Positions 28,579 to 39,686 of a DNA stretch of 64,000 nt are shown here, in pieces. Made by a program: the position numbers and the translations under genes. Under the pieces are notes generated by a model. That model saw only the letters and a program-made list of their open reading frames with translations, was not told where the DNA came from and searched no databases. Position 1 is the first letter of the stretch. Each line of letters begins with the position of its first letter. The stretch is from Candidatus Limnocylindria bacterium (GTDB lineage Bacteria; Chloroflexota; Limnocylindria; QHBO01), in the NCBI GenBank assembly GCA_036397815.1, contig DASWIE010000003.1, positions 277 through 64,276 on the forward strand, in the 5' to 3' direction.

Positions 28579-29505
28579 TTAGCGCCGCATGACGAGGCCG
28601 ATGCGTCCGAAGGGCGGGCGCGGGTCGGCGTAGGTCTTCACCCGGTCATCGGTCTCGCTCGCGGCGCCAGCATCCCACAGCCGGTTCGTCGCCTGGAAGC
28701 TGACCTCGGCGAGCTGCGGCCAGCGTTCCAGCATGCGGCTGCCGATCTCGTTCACCAGGTGCTGGATCGAGAGGCTGACGAACTGGTGGAAGACCGATGC
28801 CGCCAGGTCAGCCACCTGCTCGCCGGCCACGTACCGGACAGGATCGGTGCCGAGGGCGTCACCAGGATCGGCATAGCGCCAGCCGATAACGGTCCAGATG
28901 TAGAGCGGCCGATCACGACGCTCGGGGAGGGTGGTGTGCTCGTCGCGCGCGAAGTCGGCAAAAGCGCTGCCGGTGATCTTGATCAGCTGCAGCTCCTCGC
29001 GGCCGCACCCATGGCCGGTGATCCGGACGCCAGCGTCCTCGTCTCGTTCCAGGTCGAGCGAGGCGGTAGAGCGGTCGTTGCGATCGCGACCGAACACGAC
29101 GTCGGATGCCGCGAAGCCGTCGCCGTCGGCGGCCGGGACGATCGCGGCCGGAAAGGGCAGCTCGCGCCCCACCATCGTCAGCCGCTCCATGTGCGGGTAC
29201 GTGGCGAGGAACGAGCTCCCGACGTGGTGCAGCCAGCCCTCGAGCGTCGCCGCCGGGCATTGGAGCGAGGCGGCGTGGATGAAGTTCTTCATCGTGTCCG
29301 TCGCGACGACCAGGCGGTTGTCGCCCAGGGTGTAGGCATCCAGGAAGGCGGTGCCGCGCACGACGACCTCGATCTCGGCCGCCATCAGCGTGTTCTCGCG
29401 CCCCGCGAACGGCGACTCGGGGATGGGGGTGACGCCCCGGAGCGGCGTGCCGTGGGTGCGGTAGACCTTGACGTCGGCCTTGCCGTAGCTGATCTCGTAG
29501 GTCAT
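28579..29505 (-). CDS. uox: urate oxidase (cofactor-independent uricase)
   Basis: 308 aa; MTYEISYGKADVKVYRTH..., VVATDTMKNFIH, tandem T-fold pattern. Confidence 0.9.
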   Translation of the reverse strand: MTYEISYGKADVKVYRTHGTPLRGVTPIPESPFAGRENTLMAAEIEVVVRGTAFLDAYTLGDNRLVVATDTMKNFIHAASLQCPAATLEGWLHHVGSSFLATYPHMERLTMVGRELPFPAAIVPAADGDGFAASDVVFGRDRNDRSTASLDLERDEDAGVRITGHGCGREELQLIKITGSAFADFARDEHTTLPERRDRPLYIWTVIGWRYADPGDALGTDPVRYVAGEQVADLAASVFHQFVSLSIQHLVNEIGSRMLERWPQLAEVSFQATNRLWDAGAASETDDRVKTYADPRPPFGRIGLVMRR

Positions 29506-30092
29506 GGGCCGGCCTCGTCCGGGACCGATACCGCCGGATCGGATACCTCAGGACCGGCTGCCTCCTCGCGCAGGCGGGCGAGCCGATCGGCGGCGATGTC
29601 GAGCGTCTCGTCCAGCGCGCGTCGCAGCTCGGCCTCGCGATCGTTGCGCAGCGCATGCTCCAGCAGCGGGACGATCTCCGCCTTCGATCGGCCGGCCACG
29701 AACACCACGTAGCGGAAGCCGAACTGGCGCTCGTAGATCTCGTTCAGCATCGCCAGCTCCTCGTAGGCGCGGGCGGTCTCGGCGTCCTCGTCGCTCTCCT
29801 CGTCGTAGCCTTGCTCGTCACGCGACAGGTCCGAGACGGTGTCGACGTCCGCCCCGATGCGGGGATGCGCCTCGACCAGCTCCACCCGCTCGTCCTCCGG
29901 CATCGAGATCGCGACCTCGTGCGCCGCGGCAAGGAGCTCGGCGTCGGACTCGAAGGGGCGTTCCTCGGCCACGCGGCGCAGGAAGCGGGTAGCGCCCTCG
30001 AACAAGGGAGCGAGCGCTGCCACGAACGCGTCCGCGGAGAGCGCGTTCAGCTCCGCGACCTCGGGGATCGGCGGTGCGTCAGCGCTGGGCAT
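29502..30092 (-). CDS. uraD: 2-oxo-4-hydroxy-4-carboxy-5-ureidoimidazoline (OHCU) decarboxylase
   Basis: ATG 30092 gives MPSADAPPIPEVAELNALSADAFVAALAPLFEG...AHPRIG. 4-nt overlap with the uricase gene. Confidence 0.85.
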   Translation of the reverse strand: MPSADAPPIPEVAELNALSADAFVAALAPLFEGATRFLRRVAEERPFESDAELLAAAHEVAISMPEDERVELVEAHPRIGADVDTVSDLSRDEQGYDEESDEDAETARAYEELAMLNEIYERQFGFRYVVFVAGRSKAEIVPLLEHALRNDREAELRRALDETLDIAADRLARLREEAAGPEVSDPAVSVPDEAGP

Positions 30093-30519
30093 AGCGAAAC
30101 TCGTCGTCCGGAGTGTGTGGCGATGCCTCGGACTCGAAATAAGCCACCAGCTCATTCGTCGCCGGCTCGCGACGGTAGACCATCCAGCGTGGGTCGCCGC
30201 GCATCATGAAGACGGCCTCTCCTTTGCCGAGCCGCACGAGGTCGAGCGTCACCGCCGCGTCCTTCTCCTCCCAACCGATCAGCCCCGGCTTGAAGTGCTT
30301 GATGCGCCAGACCAGGCCGTCGTCCTGCGGCTCCACCGTCAGCAGCTCGTAGAAGCGCACTGCGTCGCCCCGCAGCCAGCGGAACATGCCGACCATCGTG
30401 CCGCCCGCCGGCTCGGCCCACCACTCCTCGAACCGGTCATCGCCACGCCCACCCGCCCAGCGCCCCACGATCCAGTCGAGCGTCTCGATGGGTGCCGCGA
30501 TCGGCTGAGTGGGGTGCAT
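30079..30519 (-). CDS. uncharacterised protein (DUF6265-like by recollection) embedded in the urate operon
   Basis: 146 aa from ATG 30519; LDWIVGRWAGG...EEWWAEPAGGTMVGMFRW. Its 3' end overlaps the uraD start by 14 nt. Confidence 0.65.
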   Translation of the reverse strand: MHPTQPIAAPIETLDWIVGRWAGGRGDDRFEEWWAEPAGGTMVGMFRWLRGDAVRFYELLTVEPQDDGLVWRIKHFKPGLIGWEEKDAAVTLDLVRLGKGEAVFMMRGDPRWMVYRREPATNELVAYFESEASPHTPDDEFRYAQR

Positions 30520-30532
30520 CGGTCCGGGTGGA

Positions 30533-30886
30533 TCAGCTGCCACGGTAGGTCGACAGGCCGAAGGGCGAGAGCAGCAGCGGCACGTGGTACGAGCGCTCCG
30601 CATCATCGATCCGGAAGCCCACCGCCATGTTCTGGAAGAACGCGGTCTCGGCGTCGGCCGACCAGGCGTAGGCCGCCACGTCGAAGACGAGCTGGTACTC
30701 GCCGGGAGTCAGCTTGCCGCTCATCAGGGCGCGCACGCGCCCGTCCCCATCGGTCTCCGCCTCGGCCAGCAGGGTCGGGGTGCCGTCCTCGCCCAGCCGG
30801 AAGAGCGCCACCGGGAAGCCAACCGCGGGCTGGCCGGTCGCCAGATCCAGGACGTGCGTGCTGATGGTTGGGCCGGAGCTGGCCAC
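30533..30886 (-). CDS. hiuH: 5-hydroxyisourate hydrolase (transthyretin-like)
   Basis: 117 aa from GTG 30886 (SD GGAGGA, 5-nt spacer). STHVLDLATGQPA...DGRV...YHVPLLLSPFGLSTYRGS C-terminal signature. Confidence 0.9.
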   Translation of the reverse strand: MASSGPTISTHVLDLATGQPAVGFPVALFRLGEDGTPTLLAEAETDGDGRVRALMSGKLTPGEYQLVFDVAAYAWSADAETAFFQNMAVGFRIDDAERSYHVPLLLSPFGLSTYRGS

Positions 30887-30901
30887 TGCTATCCTCCGCG
30901 C

Positions 30902-31321
30902 ATGGGCGACCTGCGGATCCGCGTCGGCGACCTCCACTTTAGCGCCCGATGGGAGGAGGCGGCCCCGCTCACGCGCGAGGCGCTGCGCGGCTGGCTGCCG
31001 ATCGACTCGCAGCTCATCCACTGCCGATGGAGCGGCGAGGGAACGTGGATCCCGTTCGGGGACCGACGGCCGGCGGTCGGCTACGAGAACCACACCGCTC
31101 ATCCAGCCCCCGGCGAGCTGCTGATCTACACCGGCGAGTTGTCGGAGTGCGAGATCCTGGTCCCGTACGGGGCCTGCGCCTTCTCATCCAAGGTCGGGCC
31201 GCTGGCCGGCAATCACTTCGCCACGATCACGCCCGATGAGGGCTGGCGCGAGCGGCTCCGCGAGCTCGGGCATCGCGTCCTGTGGGAGGGCGCCCAGGAG
31301 ATCGTGCTCACGGAGGAATAA
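30902..31321 (+). CDS. DUF3830 (cyclophilin-like fold) family protein
   Basis: 139 aa from ATG 30902; MGDLRIRVGDLHFSARWEEAAPLT...CRWSGEG...GELLIYTG. The longer ORF 30509.. is antisense to hiuH and rejected. Confidence 0.7.
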   Translation: MGDLRIRVGDLHFSARWEEAAPLTREALRGWLPIDSQLIHCRWSGEGTWIPFGDRRPAVGYENHTAHPAPGELLIYTGELSECEILVPYGACAFSSKVGPLAGNHFATITPDEGWRERLRELGHRVLWEGAQEIVLTEE

Positions 31322-31324
31322 CGC

Positions 31325-31487
31325 GTTGGTAGAGAGAGGCCGCCAGTGGCAGGCGCATCGCTGCAAAGGGCTGAGCACTGAGCGTGCTGCTACCGACCTG
31401 GAAACGGTCGAATGGTGCACTGGCAGTACTGTCACTGCCTACGCGCGACATAGCCACGCTGAATCCAGTCAGTTGTAGCACTCGACG
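31325..31487 (+). repeat. possible decayed copy of the palindromic repeat family
   Basis: Starts 4 nt after the DUF3830 stop: GTTGGTAGAGAGAGG (cf. GTTGCTGAGAGACGG); GCCTACGCGCGACATAGCCACGCTGAA (c1 GCCTACTCACGCTCAA); CCAGTCAGTTGTAGCACTCGACG (cf. CCAGTAACCAGGTTGCTGAGAGACG). Confidence 0.3.
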
Positions 31488-31504
31488 TTCTGAGGACGTC
31501 CCCG

Positions 31505-32890
31505 GTGGCTGATCTCGTCGTCAGCGGTGGCACGGTGGTGACCGCCGAGCGGTCCTTCAGCGCCGACGTGGTCGTGGCCGACGGCCGGATCGAGGCGGTG
31601 GGTGCCGGCCTCGCCAGGCGCCATCCGGATGCACGGGTGCTCGACGCCACCGACCTGCTGGTGCTGCCCGGGTGCGTCGACGTGCACACCCACACCCGCC
31701 TGCCGACCGACGACGAGCCCGATCGCTTCCACCAGGATTCGGTGGCGGCGGCGCACGGTGGAACGACCACCTTCCTGGCGTTCAACAACCCTGGCACCGG
31801 GATCAGCGAGGCTGGAGCGCAATCCCTGCTTGCCGGGCTGAGCGAGTTCCGGCAGCGGACTGACGGCGAGTCGGCGGTCGACTATGCGCTCTCGGCGGTG
31901 ATCACCGGCCAGCAGGACGACCCGATCGCCGAGCTCCCCGAACTGATCGAAGCCGGCGTGCCGACCGCGAAGGCGTTCATGGTCTACGACTTCCGCCTGC
32001 CCGATGAGCGCCTCTTCGCGGCGCTCCAGGTGATGGGCCGGCACCGCGGCATGCTGCAGGTCCACTGCGAGAACGCCACGATCATCGACGCGCTGACTCG
32101 CGGCGCCCTCGACGCCGGGCACACCGGCTGCCGTCATCACGCCGAGTGCCGCCCCACCTTCGCGGAGGCCGAGGCGACGCACCGGGCGATCGCGCTGGCC
32201 CGCGCCGCGGACGCATCGGTCTATGTCGTCCACCTGTCCTGCGCCGATGCGCTGGCCGAGGTCGTCGCCGCCAAGGCGAGGGGTTGGCCGGTCTACGCCG
32301 AGACCTGCCCGCACTACCTGGCCTGGACCGATGCGCGCTACGAGGGCGACGACGAGGCGGAGATGATCAAGTCGGTCATCTCGCCGCCGCTGCGCTCGGA
32401 CGCCGATCGCCAGGCGCTGTGGCTGGGACTGGCGCGCGGCGGCCTGGACCTGGTCGCCACCGATCACGTCCCGGACCGGCTGGCGGTGGAGAAAGCGGTG
32501 CCGGCGCCACCGTTTCCCCAGATCAGCAACGGCGCGCCGGGGATCGAGACCATGCTGAGCGTGGTGTACAGCGTCGGTGTCGCTGCGGGGCGGATGCCGC
32601 TCGAGCGAATGGTGGATGTGCTCGCCACGACTCCGGCGCGGCTGTTCGGGCTGTCGACCAAGGGTGCAGTGGAGGCGGGACGCGACGCGGACCTGGTGCT
32701 CTTCGACCCGAACGCCTCCCGGATCATGGGCCAGGAGGAGCTGCACCACACCAGCGACTTCACGCCGTACGAAGGGCTCCACGTCCGCGGGCAGGTCCGG
32801 ACCGTGCTCCTCCGTGGTGAGCCGGTTGTCCGCGAGGGCCTCTTCGTCGGGCGGCGCGGGCGCGGCCAGTTCCTGGAGCGCGGCCTGTGA
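31505..32890 (+). CDS. dihydropyrimidinase/D-hydantoinase-family cyclic amidohydrolase (possible allantoinase role in this context)
   Basis: 461 aa, GTG start; VDVHTH metal motif, VHCEN, VVHLS, ISPPLR, ATDH, SNGAPGIE. Confidence 0.85.
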   Translation: MADLVVSGGTVVTAERSFSADVVVADGRIEAVGAGLARRHPDARVLDATDLLVLPGCVDVHTHTRLPTDDEPDRFHQDSVAAAHGGTTTFLAFNNPGTGISEAGAQSLLAGLSEFRQRTDGESAVDYALSAVITGQQDDPIAELPELIEAGVPTAKAFMVYDFRLPDERLFAALQVMGRHRGMLQVHCENATIIDALTRGALDAGHTGCRHHAECRPTFAEAEATHRAIALARAADASVYVVHLSCADALAEVVAAKARGWPVYAETCPHYLAWTDARYEGDDEAEMIKSVISPPLRSDADRQALWLGLARGGLDLVATDHVPDRLAVEKAVPAPPFPQISNGAPGIETMLSVVYSVGVAAGRMPLERMVDVLATTPARLFGLSTKGAVEAGRDADLVLFDPNASRIMGQEELHHTSDFTPYEGLHVRGQVRTVLLRGEPVVREGLFVGRRGRGQFLERGL

Positions 32891-32923
32891 GGATAGGCAC
32901 TGGCGTGCTTCTCATCGCGCCGC

Positions 32924-34510
<1,587 letters not shown>

Positions 34511-34544
34511 GCCGAGGATTGTCGCAAACCTCGGGTCGGCTCGG

Positions 34545-34916
34545 CTAGTTCGCGTCGCGACGCCGATCACGCTCCTCGAACGTGCGCAGCCCGGCCGCGT
34601 GCATCCGGCCGGCGGCTTTCAGCTCCGCCACCTTGGCGATGTTGGGCGCGCTCCAGTTGCTGCCCTTGCGGCGCGGTGTGAAGCGGGTGGCGTACACCTC
34701 GTCATCGATGCGGCGGGTGATGCCGTCGATCCAGCCGAAGCAGAGCGCCTCCTCGACCGATTCCGCATAGCTCACCGACTGCTTCGGCACGCCCTTCTTG
34801 TAGTACCCGACCCAGAGGTGAGTCGCGCTGGCGTGGTTATTCTCCAGCCAATCGCGGAAATCGGCCGGGCCGGGAAAGATCCGTACGTCACCAGCTCTCG
34901 GAGGCTGAACCGGCAT
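34545..34916 (-). CDS. YdeI/OmpD-associated family protein
   Basis: 123 aa; [23 protein letters not shown]...[11 protein letters not shown]. Confidence 0.7.
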   Translation of the reverse strand: MPVQPPRAGDVRIFPGPADFRDWLENNHASATHLWVGYYKKGVPKQSVSYAESVEEALCFGWIDGITRRIDDEVYATRFTPRRKGSNWSAPNIAKVAELKAAGRMHAAGLRTFEERDRRRDAN

Positions 34917-34939
34917 GCGCCGATGATCTCAGATCAGCG

Positions 34940-35398
34940 TCATTCGAGGATTTCGAAGGCGCCCGTGCGGAAGTCGTAGCGCGTCCGACGCGGAAGCTCG
35001 TTCTCCCTACCGGGGGCTGGATTGCGCTCGAGCATGGCAATATCGACGACGGTGGTGGGAAACACGGCGTTCAGCTCAAGTGGCCCGCTGCCGACATTCG
35101 TCGTTCCGTGCGGCGTACCGGCCGGAACGAAGACCGCCGTACCAGCAGTCACGCGCCGGCTTCCTTCACCGAGGCGGACCTGCCCCTCTCCATCGGTGAA
35201 CACGATGAGCTCGTCAGTCGGATGCGTGTGGAGCGGAATTCGATCGCCGACCGCAATCTGCTCGACCAAAAGGGCGAGGCCGTCAACCCGGCCGGCCTCA
35301 TCGCCCGGATCCACCACCAGACGCCATCGGGAGTTGGGGCGATGATCGTCCGGATCGCCGACCATCGGCTCCAGGGGTCCCGGGTCCACGAAGCTCAT
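34940..35398 (-). CDS. cupin domain protein
   Basis: 153 aa from ATG 35398; cupin motifs HTHPTDELIVFTDGEG and VPAGTPHG. Its start lies 1 nt after the upstream gene's stop. Confidence 0.75.
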   Translation of the reverse strand: MSFVDPGPLEPMVGDPDDHRPNSRWRLVVDPGDEAGRVDGLALLVEQIAVGDRIPLHTHPTDELIVFTDGEGQVRLGEGSRRVTAGTAVFVPAGTPHGTTNVGSGPLELNAVFPTTVVDIAMLERNPAPGRENELPRRTRYDFRTGAFEILE

Positions 35399-35399
35399 C

Positions 35400-36254
35400 T
35401 CACCAGCCGCCTTCTTCCCGAACCAGGCGATGGAGCACGCGTGCCGCCACGGCCCGTCGGTAGTCAGCCGTAGAGCGCACATCGTCGATCGGGCTGAGCT
35501 CCTCGGCCAGCACCGCCGCGGCGGCATCGGCCGTCTCGGCGGTCGGCTTTGCGCCCTCCAGCGCGGCCTCGGTCCGCCCGACCCGGATCGGCGTCGCCGC
35601 AACGGACCCAAGGGCCAGGCGCACATCGGTCCATGCCTCGTCGCGGTCGCCGCGCCATGCGAGCGCCATCACGACCTTGCTGATGGCCTGCGCCCGCCGG
35701 GTGCCCACCTTCCGGAAGCGCACCTGCCGGTCCGGCACGAGCGGGAAGCGGATGCGCAGGAGCAGCTCGTCGTCGGCCCGGGCGGTGCGGCGGTAGGCCG
35801 GCCAGAAGGCGCCGGCGACTACTCCACGCTCGCCGCGCGCACTGCCCAGCACCAGCTGCGCGTCGGTCGCGAGCAGGATCGGCAGCGTGTCTCCCGCCGG
35901 CGAGGCATTCACCGCGTTGCCACCAAGTGTCCCGCGGTTCTGGATCTGCGCGGCCCCGATCGTCGCGGCCGCCTCCGCCAGCGCCGGCAGGAACTCGGTG
36001 ACCAGCGGCGAACGGCGAATCTCGGTGTACGTCGTCAGGGCGCCGATGACCAGCGCGTCCGCCTCGACGGTGATGCCGCGCAGCTCGTCGAGCTGCCAGA
36101 TGTCGAGCACCCTCTCCGGCGGCTCGCCCAGCTCGCCGGTGATCTGGACCAGCAGGTCCGTGCCGCCGGCGACGGGCTGGTGGACCGACTCTGCCAGCAG
36201 GGCGTAGGCATCGGCCAGGCTCCGCGGCGAGGTGACGGGCGGCTCGGCCGGCAT
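35400..36254 (-). CDS. xanthine dehydrogenase family FAD-binding subunit (CoxM/XdhB-like)
   Basis: ATG 36254 with SD GGAGAC; AGGTDLLVQ..., GNAVNASPAGDT, CO-dehydrogenase flavoprotein C-terminal domain. Confidence 0.88.
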   Translation of the reverse strand: MPAEPPVTSPRSLADAYALLAESVHQPVAGGTDLLVQITGELGEPPERVLDIWQLDELRGITVEADALVIGALTTYTEIRRSPLVTEFLPALAEAAATIGAAQIQNRGTLGGNAVNASPAGDTLPILLATDAQLVLGSARGERGVVAGAFWPAYRRTARADDELLLRIRFPLVPDRQVRFRKVGTRRAQAISKVVMALAWRGDRDEAWTDVRLALGSVAATPIRVGRTEAALEGAKPTAETADAAAAVLAEELSPIDDVRSTADYRRAVAARVLHRLVREEGGW

Positions 36255-36267
36255 CGGAGTCTCCGCC

Positions 36268-36744
36268 TCAGTGCGGGTCGGCGGCGCGTCGCCGCTCGGC
36301 GGCGAGCGCGATGGCATCGATGATCTTGGTATAGCCGGTGCAGCGGCACAGGTTGCCGGCGATCGCCTCGCGGATCGCGTCCTCGTCCCTCGAGCCGCCG
36401 GCGACCAGGTAGGCCTCCGCCGCCATCAGCATGCCGGGCGTGCAGATGCCGCATTGCGCACCGCCGGCCTCCAGGAAGGCGGCCTGCAGGTCGTTCAGGC
36501 GCTCACCCTCGGACATACCCTCGACGGTGCGGACGCTGGTCCCGCTCGCCTGGCAGACCGGCACCAGGCAGCTGTCGACCACGGCCCCATCGAGCAATAC
36601 GGAGCACGCTCCGCACTCGCCCTCGCCGCAGCCCTCCTTGGTGCCCGTCAGGCCGAGGTCCTCACGCAGGACGTCGAGCAGCCGACGCATGCCGGGCACC
36701 TCGACCTCGACCTGCTCGCCATTCACGAAGAACCGATAGCCCAC
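36268..36744 (-). CDS. (2Fe-2S)-binding small subunit of the xanthine dehydrogenase family enzyme
   Basis: 158 aa; CGEGECGACSV and CGICTPG...NLCRCTGY cluster motifs. Confidence 0.92.
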   Translation of the reverse strand: MGYRFFVNGEQVEVEVPGMRRLLDVLREDLGLTGTKEGCGEGECGACSVLLDGAVVDSCLVPVCQASGTSVRTVEGMSEGERLNDLQAAFLEAGGAQCGICTPGMLMAAEAYLVAGGSRDEDAIREAIAGNLCRCTGYTKIIDAIALAAERRRAADPH

Positions 36745-36745
36745 C

Positions 36746-39121
36746 TCAGCGCTCGCGGTCTTCGTGCGGGTCGGTCGGCGCGCGAAATGGCATCGGATCG
36801 CCGCCCGCGGGCAGGTCCTCGATGGCCGGCTGCCTCGGGTCGGGCGCTTCCAGCGAGACGCCGGGCGCGGGTGGCATCGGTCCGCCGGTCATCGCAGCCA
36901 CGATTCGCTCCGGCGTGGCCGGCAGGTCGTGGACCCAGACGCCGGTGGCGTCGTGGATCGCCGCCACCACGGCCGGCGCGCCGACGTCCATGGGCAGCTC
37001 ACCGACGCCCTTCGCGCCGTGTGGGGCGCCCGAGAAAGGCTTCTCGACCAGGATCGAGCGCATGCGCGGCGCATCGAGCGAGGTGGGGATGAGGTACGTC
37101 GCCAGCCTGTCGTTCAGGTAGCGGCCGTCGACGAGCTTCATCTCCTCGATCGTCGCGTAGCCCACCGCCTGCAGCGTCCCGCCCTCGACCTGCCCCTCGG
37201 CCAGGATTGGATGGATGACGTGGCCGATGTCGTCGGCGGACACGACCTCGCGCACGGCCACCTCGCCGGTATCCAGGTCGACGTCGACGCGGGCCACGGC
37301 GCAGGCCCAGCCGAAGGCCGGGTAGGCGTCACCGGTGTAGGTGGCATCGTCGAACTGGACTCCCGGATAGGGGACGAACTGCTCGTCGATGCGCCGTGGG
37401 CGTGCCTCCCGGTAGCCCGCGGCAAATGAGCGGCCGGTCTCCGCCTCGACCTCCACGCGCAGGCGTTCCGCGGCACGGATCAGGAGTCCGCCCACCACCA
37501 TCGCGGTGCGAGAGGCGACGGTTGGGCCGCTGTCGGGCACGATCGATGTGTCCTGCGGCGCGATCTCGACCTCGTCGTAGTCGACTCCCAGCCGCTCTGC
37601 CACGAGCTGCGGGAAGATCGTCTTGGTGCCCTGGCCCATCTCGGTCGACGCGGTGAGGATCCGGATCCGGTGCTCGGTGGTCAGCTCCACCGACGCGACC
37701 GACGCCAGCTTGACCTCGCCGCTGCCGGTGAAGCCGGCGCCATGCCAGGCCAGCGCCAGGCCGATGCCGGAGGCGAGGCGGGCGCCATCGGTCCTGGACT
37801 CGCGCGCGTTGGCGGTCTGGCGCCGCACCCGTTCGAAGCCCGATGCCTCGGCGGCAGCCTCGATCACCTCGATGCCGCCGACGCTCTCGCGCAGCACCTG
37901 GCCGGTGGGCGTGATGTCGCCCTCGCGGTAGACCCAGCGCCTCCGCAGCTCGAGTGGTGACGTGTCCAGCGCGGCGGCGATGCGGTTGACCTGCATCTCG
38001 GCCGCGAACTCGGTCTGCGGCGCACCAAAACCGCGGAAGGCGCCGTTCGGTGGCGTGTTGGTGGCCATTGCCCGCCCGACGACCCGCACGTTCTCGCAGC
38101 GGTACGGCCCGCCGGCATGCAGCGTCCCGCGGCTGAGGACGACGGGCGTGAGGGTGCAGTACGCGCCGCCGTCCATGATCACCTCGATCTCCTGCGCGAC
38201 GAGCTCACCCTCTCGCGAGACGCCGCTCCGGTAGCGGACGACGGCAGGATGACGCTTGGTCGTGGCGCTGATGTCCTCGTGGCGGTCGTAGATCATGCGC
38301 ACCGGCTTGTGGCATTTCAGCGCCAGCAGCGCGGCATGCAGCGCGAGGATTGACGGGTACTCCTCCTTGCCGCCGAAGCCGCCTCCGGTCTCGGCCTGCA
38401 CCACGACCGCCAGCTCGCCGGTGAGCGCCAGGGCGCGCTTCATGGCCTTGTGGATGTAGTACGGGCATTGGCAGGAACCGTGCACCGTCACCCCGCCGTC
38501 CTCGCGAGGCACGGCGATCATCGCCTGGTTCTCGATGTACAGCTGCTCCTGGTGGCCGACCCGATACGTCCCCTCGATCACGAGCTCGGCGGCCTTCATT
38601 CCCGCCGCTGCATCCCCGCGCTCCACCACGTAGTGCGCGAACTCCTGCTTGGACAGGAGAGGGTCGAAGATGGGAGCGAGGCGCTCCGTTCGCGCGGTGA
38701 CGTGACGCCGCGCCTCGCGCAGGGTTCCGCGGTCCGCCGCCGCGATGAGCGCCACCGGCTCGGCCTGGTGCCGGATCTCGCCGCCGACCGGCACGAGCAC
38801 GGGTTGGTCGTCGTCGATCAGGCTGACCACGTTCTCGCCGGGGATGTCCTCGGCGGTGACGATCACCACGCGGCTCCAGTCGAAGGCCTCGTCGAGGTCA
38901 ATCGCCAGCAGACGGGCATGCGGCTCGGTCGAGCGGACCGTGGCGCCATACCAGGCGCCCGGGAAGACGAGGTCATCGGCGTACTTGGCGAGGCCGGTCA
39001 GCTTCTCCGGCCCTTCGCGGCGGAGCGGCGGCCGGTCGGTCGCTCGGCCGGACGTCGGCGTTCCGGGCGGGACGATGACGGGAGCCTCGACCGTGCCCGG
39101 GGGCAGCGTCCGCGTCGTCAT
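36746..39121 (-). CDS. xanthine dehydrogenase family molybdopterin-binding large subunit
   Basis: 791 aa from ATG 39121 (SD GGAGGG); GGGFGGKE, aldehyde oxidase/XDH a/b-hammerhead and Mo-binding domains. Confidence 0.92.
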   Translation of the reverse strand: MTTRTLPPGTVEAPVIVPPGTPTSGRATDRPPLRREGPEKLTGLAKYADDLVFPGAWYGATVRSTEPHARLLAIDLDEAFDWSRVVIVTAEDIPGENVVSLIDDDQPVLVPVGGEIRHQAEPVALIAAADRGTLREARRHVTARTERLAPIFDPLLSKQEFAHYVVERGDAAAGMKAAELVIEGTYRVGHQEQLYIENQAMIAVPREDGGVTVHGSCQCPYYIHKAMKRALALTGELAVVVQAETGGGFGGKEEYPSILALHAALLALKCHKPVRMIYDRHEDISATTKRHPAVVRYRSGVSREGELVAQEIEVIMDGGAYCTLTPVVLSRGTLHAGGPYRCENVRVVGRAMATNTPPNGAFRGFGAPQTEFAAEMQVNRIAAALDTSPLELRRRWVYREGDITPTGQVLRESVGGIEVIEAAAEASGFERVRRQTANARESRTDGARLASGIGLALAWHGAGFTGSGEVKLASVASVELTTEHRIRILTASTEMGQGTKTIFPQLVAERLGVDYDEVEIAPQDTSIVPDSGPTVASRTAMVVGGLLIRAAERLRVEVEAETGRSFAAGYREARPRRIDEQFVPYPGVQFDDATYTGDAYPAFGWACAVARVDVDLDTGEVAVREVVSADDIGHVIHPILAEGQVEGGTLQAVGYATIEEMKLVDGRYLNDRLATYLIPTSLDAPRMRSILVEKPFSGAPHGAKGVGELPMDVGAPAVVAAIHDATGVWVHDLPATPERIVAAMTGGPMPPAPGVSLEAPDPRQPAIEDLPAGGDPMPFRAPTDPHEDRER

Positions 39122-39181
39122 CGGTGACCCTCCATCCGGGCGCAATCCTACAACCGGCCGGGAGGGACGCGGAACGGTCTG

Positions 39182-39571
39182 TCAGCCGAGCTCGATACAG
39201 GCGGTGTAGAGGCCCATCTCCTCGTTGGAGTCATGGATGTTGAGCGCCACCCCGCCCTGGAGCAGCTCGTCCAGCGGGGCGGGCACCTCGGTGACCGAGG
39301 CTCCGTCGACCACGTTCTGGAGCGGGTACTTCGGCTGCGGGACGAGCTCGTCGCAGGTGCCCGGATGGATGTGGGCCGGCATGCTCGGATGGCCGGCCGG
39401 CTCGACCTCGATGTCGACCTGCGTTCGCTGGTCCCCCAGGTCGGTCAGGGTCACGGTGCCGGTCACGCCGGAGCCATTCAGCGTTCGCAGCTGCAACTGC
39501 TCGCTGCGTGGCGGGGACGACGCGCACCCCGCCAGGAGCGCGGCGCAGAGGAGGACGGCAGATGCTCGCAT
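39182..39571 (-). CDS. lipoprotein with AHIHPG motif (CHRD-like resemblance, weak)
   Basis: 129 aa from ATG 39571; signal peptide and lipobox LLAGCAS. Confidence 0.55.
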   Translation of the reverse strand: MRASAVLLCAALLAGCASSPPRSEQLQLRTLNGSGVTGTVTLTDLGDQRTQVDIEVEPAGHPSMPAHIHPGTCDELVPQPKYPLQNVVDGASVTEVPAPLDELLQGGVALNIHDSNEEMGLYTACIELG

Positions 39572-39686
39572 GGCCGGCTGATCCTGCACCCCTGGCGCGC
39601 GGGGCGGCATCCGGACCTTCGTACCGGGTCAGTCGGGGCAGTACCACCGGCGGCTGGTGCATCCTCGCACGCCGCGTAGGCTGGGC

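Noticed and set aside
39621-39660. Possible solo repeat arm (GGGTCAGTCGGGGCAGTACCACCGG versus the c2 arm CCGTCAGCCAGTACCAGGG).
   Set aside because: The match is too short and gapped to separate from chance in GC-rich DNA without a profile search.
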